A program made the translations under genes and the position numbers. The notes beneath the pieces were generated by a model that was given only the letters and a program-made list of their open reading frames with translations, ran no database searches and had not been told where the DNA came from. This document shows, piece after piece, positions 33,990 through 46,564 of a stretch of DNA of 64,000 bases (its first letter is position 1; the number at the start of each line of letters is the position of its first letter). This DNA comes from Takakia lepidozioides (lineage: Eukaryota > Plantae > Bryophyta): assembly GCA_030704615.1 (NCBI GenBank), contig CM060732.1, positions 63,364,001 through 63,428,000 on the forward strand, in the 5' to 3' direction.

Positions 33990-36125
33990 TAAATTATCGT
34001 GTCTAGTGACCCTGAAGGCCCATTTGATCCTGAAGGGCTACTGCCTTCTGGCAGCGGGTCCAGGTTGGACAAGTGGAAAACCTTCATCGAAGATCATTTA
34101 AAAAAAAACCCAAATTAAAATAGAAATAAGGAAAAACAAATCATTAACTTACTATGTAGAAGCCCAACAGAGAGGAATTTTGTTTTTTGTTGCGCTGACT
34201 TCAATTAATGATAGTGATTTTGCGTCTTGTCGCACCTGTTCCCAAAACATTATTGGAAATTATTCATTGTTTGAATGTTATTAGATCATTGTTATTATAA
34301 TATATATTGTACCTCACTGAAAGCACTTATATGTGTGCCCTAACCACTTAACCGCTTCTACTACGTCTTGTAAGTTTTGAGAAAATATGTACCAAAGAAA
34401 TCAACATATCATATGTCTGTTGATAAAACTTTCCAAACATGGTGCCGGTATCAAATAAAGTAAGTTTGTAATTGCCGGGTAAATTTATGAATTTTTTTCC
34501 ATATTGTATACATGAGATTTGTGCTACGTGATAATTTGCGATACTGCACAGACATTTAGCTTACAGATTAATGTATCTTTTTTAAACTTGGGATTATCAT
34601 CAATCAGTATTGAGCAAAAGAAAAAATGTATATATCGTATAGAGAAAACACAATGGAGAAAATTTAAACAGGCTACAAAGTACTAAAGAAATACTAAGTA
34701 ATTTTCTTTTAAATGCTCTGAACTTTTATAATAAGTACTTAACAACAAATGATTTCACTTATCATAGTTCTTACTCTGAAACTTCAGGTGTATGGAATAG
34801 ATTGGTCCAAACTACTTGTTCTCTTCTTGTAATAATATGATTTCCAATAAATAAATAACCTGATTGATCAGATGGTTCATTATAGCCGACTCGGAAGCAA
34901 TGCCCTAGTATATTCTTTCCAATGATACCAGACATTTTTAATTGTCCCGGTAGTGCAAAGTTGGATCCACTTAAGCCAAACATTCCATCTGTTTCAATCA
35001 TGTCAGAGTCATCTTGATTGACAGCCGGATTTTGTTGAAGCCCACATCTGTCAATGTGAGTAATTAATTAATTAATTAATTACTCAAAAGTGTTTGTATA
35101 CATATTATTTAATCTAACTTAAGATTATTACTATAATTCGTAACTGAAAGGAAAAGACATTCATTAGGCTTGGATCTTGTAAGATGAGAATACAATGTCC
35201 TAACAATATGACAATTGTATACATGATATGCAGTATTTACCCCAGATAAATACGAGGGGACAAAGTTTTTATGCTAGCAGCTACATGATCAATAACGTCT
35301 ACGGTAATAGTATCTTGCATCACATAGCCGAAAGAAGTGTAACCATCCACATAATGAGCTCCATATCCACAGGAGTAAGACGAATTCGCATGACAGTCAA
35401 AATGATCTGATTTTGAGTTAACTTCCCCTTGTATTCTTTGACAATTTGAGTCACTTCGACAATTCACCAGATTAGATAAAGTTGGTTCATACAATTCATT
35501 TGGTCCCTATAAGTAAAAAAAATTTATATGTTACATAAAATAAACATATTATCATTAAAACTATGTAATGTTATTTTAATAAACCCACTATTATCCATAT
35601 CTGGGGTACTAAAACAAAAACCTATTTGTATTCTTTGATATACTCTTAAGATATTCTTGACATGCATAATCATATGTAGACATACTTTATCACAAGTGTC
35701 CCCCACGTCGGTCCGAGTCGGTCCATTGCCAGCAACATCTTATCCACGTAAAAGTACTCCCGGTATCTACTAATACATGATATATCTTCCCATGAATTGT
35801 CACTTTGGCATAGTATGCTGTTTTTGGTATTCCATAGATGCTCATGCTGGTGGCCACATCGTTAATACTTCTCAACATTCTATGTTGAGTTTTGCTTTTA
35901 TCCACAAGTGGGTTTGAAATTTGGATCGACTCACTGCTAGGATAACTACTATATAATGGAAAAATAATAAAAGCTCCATTGTCATATGAGTTCGGCAATG
36001 GCAAGACTAGTCTTATGTTTAGTTGCCACAATAAAATAATTATTATGCATAATAATACAATTGTTGTTTGCACCAATCGCAGCTTTGTCCAAGCTATACA
36101 AGTGTTACGTTGTAACTTAGGCATG
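33990..36125 (-). CDS. Pepsin-family (A1, nucellin/APCB1-like) aspartic protease, multi-exon; C-terminus unclear or truncated
   Basis: Hydrophobic N-terminal anchor; VLVDTGSTFTWIRC; C.Y...YVDGYTSFG; IYLG|intron|CG; DGMFGLS...LPGQL...GIIGKNILGHCF...GYLFIG; second catalytic LFDTGT at ~34459-34442. The 3' boundary is approximate. Confidence 0.72.
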
Positions 36126-37489
36126 ATTGTCATCCTCTAGTACAATTCCACAATAAAGTATTAGAGTGAGTTGATTTGTTTTGGTATTAAAACAAACATA
36201 TAATGCAAGTTACTGCTTTAAATTATAAAAAAATAAATTTATGATACTTCACATTAGTGACTCGTTTGTAAAACGGATCTAGTGTGAATACCACCTATCA
36301 TCATCACTACTAAATAAATATCAAATCTGGTTAATGTGAGTTCAACTGAATCTAACTATTGAAGTATAATCTTTACAAACTGGGGTACAGATATATTGAT
36401 TTTCTGATGTATTATCCACACATTTGATTTATTTGTACACACTGAAAATAAATAATTAGTGCAACAGTTTATCACAATTATTGTTCCCATGAAATCCACT
36501 GAGTTTTAATGAAATATTAGAAACCCAAGTTGATCTCACTATTTGAGTTCTATTATTGAAAAAAAATATTGAATTGCACACCGGGTAATTTGGACGTGGA
36601 AACTTCCTCCAACGAGCGGCAGCCTGTTGCGTGGATATTACACCCCCCTCCATTTGAAGCTAAAATTACACAAAGTTATACATTTATGCGCACAGTGTAG
36701 AAACCTTGTTTGATTATTTTCATGGCAAATTAGCCCTCCAGGAAGAAGAATCCAATTGACTAATCAGTCAAATCAAAACTATGATGGGCATTCCAACATT
36801 TACACAACTGAAATGTGGTCAGTAGAATGTCACATATGTGGATGCAAGAGGTAGAGTTCAAACTTCACCCTCCAAAATGTGGATGACAATTGGGTGTTTT
36901 TAATGCTCGCGACGGCCAAAACGGGTGCCACGTCATCGTAGTCCGCCACATCATCGTCGTCTTTGTTGTTTTAAACAACTTCTTGTACTTGACAACTAGC
37001 TGGTGTGGGACAGGGTCTTCAATAGAGAATGCAACAGGTTTTGAGTTGATATCTCCCACTTTGAGACCTACTTTGAGATGATCTGGTCTCTGCTGTGAGA
37101 ACCCACAGTTTTGTTTTTGATGTTTGAGACTGATCACCGGGAACTTATCATGATAAGTTTGGGACTTATCATGCCTTCCCTGGGGCCGCCGCCATCCCTG
37201 GCTTCTATGGAGTTCACAATTCAGTGCTTTAATCCCAAAGGGGTCGAATGGCCTCCCCTACGTGCAGGATGGCAAGTGCTCCATACGCCAGCATCTCGTG
37301 ACTGTCATCCAGGATTTTCCAGGCCTTTAGGTCAGGTTTCAAGTATTCATGAATTTGCAGCCAGTTGACTCTTTTATTTCATCTTTCAATCATTTAGTAC
37401 GAGTTGTCATCCCTGGGGAAGGCGGTGGAATTGCAGTAGATATCATTCAGGGCAGTGCCCTCTTGAACAGATATGTCAAATGGGGGAGT

Positions 37490-37790
37490 ATTTGAGGTCT
37501 CAGGGAGTATGATGATTGCAGGATATGCCCAGCATAGATGGGGTAGGATTGCCTTGGAGTGCAGGAAGGGGTTTAACCCAACTGGCCGCTCCGCAATGCA
37601 TTTCCCCTGGAAAAGGGCAACGAGGTCTATGCTGAATGTAGCCATTTTGGCTTAGTGGATGAAGGCAAACAGTACTTCGAATCCATGAGTGAGGATCATG
37701 GCCTGAAGTGCTCTATTCTCAAATGGGATCGACAGGATGCTGCAACTTATGTGTTGCTGTCAAATATCTATAGCGCTGCATCCATGCACC
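37490..37790 (+). pseudogene. Collapsed PLS-PPR/E-domain remnant
   Basis: [29 protein letters not shown] and DAATYVLLSNIYSAA fragments separated by deletions. Confidence 0.75.
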
Positions 37791-38092
37791 AACCGACAGC
37801 TCCAGCAATCTTTCAGCGTCATAGGCTTGGGGTTCCAAACAAGAGAGATGACCGGTTCACCGACACTTGTCCTTAGTGGAGTCACGGATGGATAAATGGT
37901 GGATGAACAGGGGATGAATAGGAGATGAATTATGCAGTATTTTATCCACTGATATAGTCAAGCCTTTATGGGGGTTTGAAACCTAAGACTTAGAGGTTGG
38001 GATCAATTATTAAGGACCTAGGGGGGATTTTTGGACCCCTAGAGTGACTCTCCTATGGTTTCCTCATGTCATGGGGGGGTTATTCATCATTA

Positions 38093-38880
38093 CCTCTACT
38101 TCTATTAATTTATTATGTCATGGTTTGTATTTTGTTTTGGGGCCTGCGTGTGCAGAGCCCCCTAGGTATTAATAAGTAATAAGTAATAAGTAATAAGAAT
38201 AGATAGTAAGATGCAAGGGAAGAGAGCCAGGCTCTCTTTATATACCCTCATGGGGCGGTGGGACCTTCTTACCTTCTAAGAAGGCTGCACACACGTCACT
38301 CCTAAAAACCACCATGCTTGACCCCAATCTAACCATGAACCATCCCTATTTAAGAGGTCTTACCTTCCTCCCTTTTTTTTTCTCCCCTTTACATGACGGT
38401 TATTAATTGAACTCCTGCTGTAGCTTACTATAACTCCCGCTTCATAATTCCTGGACCACTCTCTAATCCCCACACCCCCTTTCAAACCTGGGCCCTTTAA
38501 TCATTTGCTCTACTGCTATTAATTTATTATGGCATGGTTTGTGTTTTTTTTGGGGCCTTGGTTTGCGGAGCCCACTACTTACTAACTTGGTAAGTAGTAA
38601 TTTAGTACGTAGTAAGAGGCATGGAGCTCTCCTTTATATACCCTCACAAGGGTGGTGGCACCCTTCTACAAGGTTGCCCAAGGACACATGTCACCCCTAG
38701 ACCCATGTGATACCTTTTTACTCCAATTTCGCGCATGAACCAACCCGAATTTAATAGCTCTCGCCTTCCCGCCTTCTTTATTCTTATCCCCTTACATAAC
38801 GGTTATTAATCCGAATCCTTGTTTAGCTTACTATAACTCCCACTTTTTAATTCCTGGACCACCCTCTAATCTTCACACCA
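38093..38880 (+). repeat. Diverged tandem duplication, 2 copies of ~410 bp
   Basis: CTCTACTxCTATTAATTTATTATGxCATGGTTTG...TTCCTGGACCACxCTCTAATC at ~38093-38480 and ~38507-38880. Confidence 0.8.
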
Positions 38881-41482
38881 GCCCATTTTTTTTCATTTTT
38901 GCAAGGGCGCTCCAACGGCGATATATTTTGGGGGGGTGAGTGCAGAGGTGGCGATACGTCTTATGTCCACCTGGCTACACATATGACAAATATTATGCAA
39001 TATGGCGAATTTTTCATAACTAAAGAATATTATGCAGGTGACACATGTCAAATTGAGGCAAAAATATTGGGCGAATTTCCCCTTTGTATTGCGGCAAATT
39101 GGCTACCATGAAAAACCCAAGGTAGCACTTCGGTCACCATTGCCCAAATTCATAGAGCAAAATGGCACCACTCATTCAAATGCAAAAACATAGTCTCAGG
39201 CACCTCATGTACCTCAACAATTGTTTTTGACCTCCCTCAAAAACTATTGTTGAGGTAATTTTCTTAAATGTAAAAATACAGACGCTACCATGGATGAAAA
39301 TTGAAAACTGAGTCCATGGATGACGTCTTAAATGAAAAATCCAGCTGCTGCCATGGATGAAAATTGAAAACTGAGTCCATAGATGACGTTCTTAATGAAA
39401 ACTCAGTGTAGTTGATAGCATGGGTAGATGTTTTGGCAAATCTGCATGTTGTAGACTAAGAGCTTCCTAATCTCAATGCTAGTTTCTGAAGGAGAGCTTG
39501 GATAGGAGGCTAAATATGATGATATAGTTGAGTCAATGCAAGGACCTATGGAGGTTATCTGGAGCTACTAGTTTATTAGTATGAAGTAGAAAAAAACTTG
39601 ATATCATTTTTAGATTTTTTCTATTTTATATTTGTTTTAAATTTAAATTCAAGTTTTTATACCATTAGGCACTCTTAGAGAAAGTTAGGCAGTCTTAGGA
39701 ACAAAAAAAATAAAAATAAAATGAAAATTAGGCATTCTTTGAAGATAAGTTTTTAAAATTAGGCACTTTTTTTAGAATTAATTTCTGCCAAACCGGCTAT
39801 CCCACTACGGTAATGTATCATCCTCTTTATACAACGCAAACACCACAGCTCTGAGTCTAGGAGTTCGATCGATGACAGGGAGATGGAGGGGGGATATGGA
39901 GGGGGTCCCTGCTGTTGAAATATGCGTGGAAGAGTTCTCTCTCATGTTTGATTCAGCGATTGAGAGTTTTCCACATCAGCGGAAGCTCAACATTTGTCGG
40001 TTGTGATTCAAGCTGTGGACATTCGGAACGTAGACGAGAATAGTGCACGTGGTACATGCAAGGTGGTAGATCTCGAGATTTGTTGAAAGGTAAAGTTTGT
40101 GTGGAAGCACTATCGCAGTGTAGTGGAGTCAAAATGCGAAAAAGTAGTCAACGCTTGAGTGAACGTATGTCGCATGTGGAAGTAGCGTGTTGGATCGATC
40201 CTTCTTGCGCTTACCATGTGGCTTTAGTAGGTGCAACTGGGCCCCTTGCAAGCTGCTGCGGTGTGTCGACCTCTAGAGTAGCGCGGAGACTGAATCTAAC
40301 TTCAGGTGTGGGCCCCCATTCCAATAATGCAACCGCATCCCAGGTGCTGGGTCCGGTTTTTGTCCTCAGAAAAACTACTTTTATGGGCCACTGTTTGAGA
40401 AAACGTTTCTTGTCATCTTCTGCGACAGCAATTGGGGCCAGAGGAGCCAGAGGAGCTAGAGGAAGACCAAAACACGTGGTAACAACTTAGAACCCCACCA
40501 CAAAACTGCTCGTCCCATCGGTTGAGGGTGAACAAATGGCCAGCAAGGCTTACTGGTCCCACTCACTACTGTCTCCGTCAAGTGGGGGCCAACAGTGAAT
40601 TGTAGACGATGATAAAAGGAAGTGCATGCTCTTGTTGTGGAGCCAAGTACTCCACCGCTCCTTTGTCCCTTCTGCCTACTCTTTGTCACCCAGCTGACGT
40701 AGTTACCTTGTTGATGCAGGTAAATTGTCATGGAGACAAGCTCCTACCATCAAATATGGGGTGACCCATGCACATTGCCGGGTGAGGGGGTCCTCACCCA
40801 ATGGTGGGTAGAGGGGCCGGAGAGTCAGTTCCCAGTCAGATCGATAGGCTAGAAGGCGACATCACTAGGTCTGTCAGATGACATGACCTCACAGGGGAAA
40901 CACAACATGGTAGATGGAGGAGGTGGGTAGAACATTCAACGGTCAATTTTACATGGGGTAAAATGCATGGAGATACTGTAATGAGTTTCCTGTGGGCCAG
41001 GGTCATCAGAGAATGGCCGGATTTGCTGAAAAACTGTCCCGGCCGTTTCAGGGAGCTAACTATTTCAAAAACATGAACCTATATTGGCGGATCCCACAAG
41101 ACACAAAGATCTTGTGGCAACAGCTAATAATAACATTACAAAGTTTTGTAGAGCATCCCAGGCAACGCTGTGTGCTTTCGTGCTGTTTCTGCAGTGCATA
41201 AAGGGCTGTGTCCTCCTCATTTCCTGCAGACCCATCTTCTCGAATGACTTGAAAGCTGCGAGCTCCTTGCTGCGAGTTACTCCTCGGTGTAGCTGTGGTC
41301 TCCGGCGCACTTCTGTGGACTGACCTCTGTGCAAAGCCTTTTGCACGACTGATCTGAATTGTGTGGGCGTCCTCTATCTCGGCCTGCTGCGTGTTTGCTT
41401 CATAGCAAAATTGAAATCTGCTCCGGCTCACAGGTCATCAGTGCTTGACATACACAGGGAGATATAGTCTACTATACGAACA

Positions 41483-43215
41483 ATGGCACCAAGCGGGGAC
41501 CTCAATGGATCCACAGTGCCCGCCACTCCCACTCCAAGGCACGGACAGTTGAGAGCGGAAGGGCCAGCCACGGTTCTGGGCATAGGCACGGCCGTCCCAC
41601 CAACAGAGTTCTTGCAGAGCAGCTACCCTGACTTCTTCTTTGATATCTGCAACTGCAGCGAAAAAACCCAGCTAAAGTCCAAATTCAAGCGCATTTGTAA
41701 GTTCTCTTTTCAATTCTGGAGACCAGTCGAACCTTACTATGAGATCGACGGTTGAACCATGCAAAGTGCGGTATGAATTAAGGACTCTGAGCCGTATTAA
41801 ATTTGATCAATGATGTGCAAGTGCCTGCGGTTCAGATACTGGGCGACATTGGCATCCAGCACTTCTGCGTGTAACTTCAATCTAGAGCTGTCAGAACTCT
41901 TTTATACTGTGGTGTGCATGTAGTCGCAGACATACCGAAAGTACACAAATCACCAGCTTTTATCATTAGCAGCCCAGGTAATATACTTCTTGGCATTTGT
42001 AGTTGCTAGGCAGCTCTCAATACTAAGTCATGAGCTAGGTGAAATATTAAAATGGTATCAAAGCGGTGAAAATCACAACGTCCAGCAGTTCACTTCATCC
42101 TTGGTTGCAGGCGCACTGGCCGATGTTTGCTAAATTTTCGTGTTCAATAGAGGCCCGAAAGATTAAAGGCTACAGACGGATGTCTCTAACAGTGTACACC
42201 CGGAATGAATCTGTTTTCAGGTGACAAGTCGGGGATCAGGAAACGGCACATGTTTCTGACAGAGGAGGTGTTGAAGGCCAACCCTGGTATCTGCACCTAC
42301 ATGGACGCATCTCTGGGTGTGCGTCACGATATCGTGGTCGTCCAAGTTCCGAAATTGGCCCAGGAGGCCGCTGTTAAAGCCATCAAAGAATGGGGGCGTC
42401 CCAAGTCAGAGATTACTCATGTTGTTTTTGCCACCACCAGTGGGGTCAACATGCCTGGAGCAGACCTTGCACTGGCAAAGCTGTTGGGACTTAAGCCCAC
42501 TGTGAAACGCGTGATGATGTACCAAACCGGTTGCTTTGGGGGAGCAACTGTGATGAGGGTCGCTAAGGATCTAGCGGAGAACAACAAGGGTGCGCGTGTC
42601 CTAGTAACCTGCAGCGAAGTAACTGCCGTCACTTTCCGTGCACCCAGTGAAAATCACCTCGATGGACTTGTGGGCTCTGCTCTTTTTGGAGATGGAGCAG
42701 CGTGTCTCATCGTGGGCTCCGATCCCCGGCCCCAGGTGGAGCGCCCATTGTTTGAACTCCACTGGTCGGGAGAAACCGTCTTGCCCGAAAGTGATGGCGC
42801 CATCGACGGGCATCTGACGGAGGCTGGTTTGATTTTCCACCTCATGAAAGATGTTCCCGGGCTGATCTCAAAGAACATAGAAAAGTTTTTAAATGAGGCA
42901 AGGAAGACGGCGGACTCCCCCCAATGGAATGACATGTTCTGGGCAGTTCACCCAGGTGGCCCTGCCATCCTAGACCAGGTGGAGGCCAAGCTCAAGTTAA
43001 CGTCCGATAAGATGCAGGGAAGCCGTGACGTTCTGTCAGAATACGGTAACATGTCGAGTAGTTCAGTGCTGTTTGTGCTGGACCAGATCCGTCAGCGCTC
43101 CAAGGCATTAGGTTCATCCACAACTGGAGAGGGAAATGAATGGGGTTTTCTTATTGGATTTGGTCCCGGTCTTACGCTGGAGGTTTCGCTTCTGCGGAGC
43201 ATGCCAACTAGCTAG
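41483..43215 (+). CDS. CHS: Chalcone synthase (type III polyketide synthase), 2 exons: 41483-41696 and 42221-43215
   Basis: The single conserved CHS intron splits the Cys codon (KRI C DKS). Catalytic Cys (QTGCFGG), His (HPGG) and Asn (YGNMSS); gatekeeper Phe residues (ALFGDG, LIFHL); GFGPG. From memory it is close to moss CHS. Confidence 0.93.
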
Positions 43216-46200
43216 TGTCTCGCTTTAGATGTTGAGGAACAAGAGAGATGGGAGATATATTATTCGTAGTGACTACATTCAACTGTAAACTGAGGCTTCC
43301 TGAAAGCATTCAAATCAATAAAGGGAGGTTCAATTGCTATAGCAAAACTGGGTACCCTAGTCTGAAAGCACAGAAATCACGTGCCATTCTGCATGCAGAA
43401 TGGCTTGTGGATTGATACATGGCCCCTTAGCACATATACCTCCCCTTTTAGGGCAGAAACTTCACCACATGTGAGTCGGTATGAACATCCTATTGATGGT
43501 ACAGGCATATGCTGGACCTTTGGGCTGTGAAGTTTTTCACCGTATAACATCAGCAACATTTGACCTGACTTACTCGTCAAATGATCTCTGAAGAGTTCGA
43601 GCTGGTATATATTTGAATCAAGTACATGCTGATAACGTAGTCGAATTGAATCGTCTATTCTGTTAGAGAAGACCATAGTCGCCTGCATGAGATGACCCAG
43701 CTACTTCTAGATTAACTATATTATTGCCTTAGTATTATAGGGCTCTCCAACATTAAGGTAACTGTTAGTTTCGAGCGTTTACAAATTCATTCATGATTCT
43801 CTTGCAATCTGGTAAGCAGTTGGGTCCAACTCATGTCTTCAGGGGAGCAATGAAATGATCTGCGGGCTCAAAGATACTATTTAGTTGACCAGGAAATCCC
43901 GACTTGTAGTACAGTTTAGAAGTCTGTTGAGATCCAAGGCAGGGCTCGACGTGGAATTGACAATGGTCACGAGATTTTCTCGAAGCAGGATATATAAGAT
44001 GTTGACAACAGTTAGAATGAGACGCACTCAACAGCTCCATTACGTTATACATATAACATTGATCAACTGGCACGCTATGTATAATAATAACTACTCAAGG
44101 GACAATTCAAGTTCATTATCAAATGGCCTAGCTGCGGGAAACGAGGGAGATTTACTCTCAACAGAAGGAACCCTGATCAATCCGAGCGAGTAATCAAGGT
44201 ACAGACTCTGCGACCATTTCGTATCCACATATAGCTAACAGTATTCCTGAATAGGCCAATAACAACTACTGAATAAGAGGCTCATTAGAGGAACAGTAAA
44301 TTTCTCCTAGGTCCGAACGATGGAGTCTCCGAAATCGAGATCTCCAGATACACCTGAATTAGTAACGACAATAATATGTATCATATTTCTATCACAACGC
44401 GAACACCACAGCTTTGAGTCTGGTAGTCAGATCATTGACAGGCCCAGATGAAGAGCGGATATTGTCCAAAGGGTCCCTCCTGTTCATACATGCGTGGGCA
44501 GAATGCATTCTCATGTTTGATTCATGATGATCGACAATTGTACTGAATCCATAATGGAATGATCCCCTCACTAACCATTAGGCCGTCACTCACAAAAGCT
44601 GGTCACAGTTTGACTGTTCCACTCCAGCTTTGGACGGTAGGTCTACCGCCCAAGCTTTCTGTAGCTATCTTTTGCGGACAAAGCCCAGATTTTCGATTCG
44701 AGCACTGTAACAGTTGTCTTTTGGCTTGTGGACCCATGCGCCTTGGGTTTGGGTTGTGTTCCATTGACCAGCCATGACATTCTGACGACCACCATATCCA
44801 CGTATCTGTCTTTTCTTGGAAGCTTTGGTTTTCAACAGGCGTCAAGATTTCGTACTCTATGGGCGACTTCACAATTTTCTAACTCATTCGAAGGAGAATG
44901 TTTCTGGCCAGCTCGATCTAACGTGGGCCAGAGCTATTCGATAGTTTAGTAGAGGGCCACTAGTAGGTAAGTACTCTACCATGCCAATTATAAGACTTCG
45001 ATATGGCAAAGGGGCCAACACTACCATCACTAACTCGAATGGGAGCCTGCTCCAAACTCCTCCATATTGCGGAGGCGACAGAACCTCTCCAATTGTGTTC
45101 TTGTGATCCTAACAGGGAGCTTGGGGGAAAGAGAAGAAGGGATAGAAGACGACGCTGAGAAAACCCATGAGTCCAACTTGCTATCAAAAGCCTCGCCCTT
45201 GCTTTTGCTATTCTGGTACTTCAACCTTCTTTGCTGACCATTCACTTCCTTTTTAGTATTTCCAGCCGTGCTTTGTATGTTTCCTACTTTTGTGGTTTGT
45301 AGTTTGTACATAGAAACCCTGAAAATGTGTGCGTGAAATCGGGAGGGAGATGGCAGAGTGGAAGCTGGATACAACAGGCGGGTCCGACACTCCATCACTT
45401 GCTCTGCGCGGAGGTCACAGACAGCAGTTGTGTTTGTTGGTGTTTAAGGTTATTAGTTCGTGGGAAGCTGCATAGATCCAATGAAGCCTGGGCGCTGGGA
45501 GCATGATGCAGTCAGCTGGACAGGCGATGCAAGTAGGGTCCCTGGTATCAGAGTTGGCTTGCTTCAATGCTGCTCTTGTAATCCTCCTTTCTTTGCCGGT
45601 GTTAAACGTTATGAATTGTCACGTCTGCATATGCTGTTGCCCCCCCTTGGCAATGCAGTGTGTATTCTGTCATATGTCTGGCAGCTACCGTCCATTGTAG
45701 GAGGAGATAGCATGTGTCACATGGGATGGAAAAGAGGTTGCTCAGTTTGCAGACACATTTCAATTCCAGTGCTTAAGTTACTTTTGTCATGATTGTGGTT
45801 GCAGGATTTTATCGTGCAAATGTTGCAGAGCAAATTTATAAGTTGTGTAATGCTGCAGTGATCCAACAGAAGTGTGCAACGTCAGAGCACCTCAGGAAAC
45901 TTGAGCGGCTTTGTGTGACAGGTTGCACGGGGAATCGGCATGCTTCGAGCAGACAAGTGTTTAATGATAGAGGAGATTTACTCTAGGGCCCTCATTGCCC
46001 CCAACTGCACAGCATCACACCACACTTATATTGATTAGAGCCAGAGAATTTCATTCCCGGGACCATGTGACAGAGACTACCTCTCCCCATCCAAGAAACA
46101 CCTCGAGAAAACATACATCTAACGTAGATTCACGAATCCACTTGACATTGTAATCTTAGGGGGTTCTGTATGCTATATAAATGGCAGTGCTTCACATACC

Positions 46201-46564
46201 AAGGCATACAGACACGCTCCAAAGTATTTGTGCAGCTTTAGTTATTACATTGCACATAAATCAAGCAACTAAAGCTGACAGTACCTCCTCAGCTGTGGCA
46301 TCAAATAGAGTAACATAGGTGCTGCGTTCATTGATTCCGCTCCTGCGCTGGTATCTTTGGTCAAGGTCCTTGGTGTGCACAATCCCTCTTTGAATTCAAA
46401 ATTCTAGACTTGAACTCAGTTACAGTGAATAATACCACCAGTGACAAAAAGCTACATGCTTTGATGACAGCTCCGAGGTACTAGGCTTTCCCTTCCAGCG
46501 CCTTAAGAGCTGCAAGATCAATGAATGAGGCCACGCACTTGCTCCTTTCAAGAGAAACATTGTT

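Noticed and set aside
29103-39811. Possible 10.7-kb Pack-type element bounded by TACCCTAGTGG (29103) and CCACTACGGTA (39811) with GCCTAA repeats
   Set aside because: Similarity is short and no convincing TSD is present; 29.1-29.8 kb looks like a self-contained small element, so the two ends are probably independent insertions.
41483-43215. Anther-specific CHS-like (ASCL/LAP5-6) or stilbene-type assignment
   Set aside because: Both gatekeeper Phe residues, GFGPG and the overall sequence fit canonical moss-type CHS; product specificity would still need an assay.
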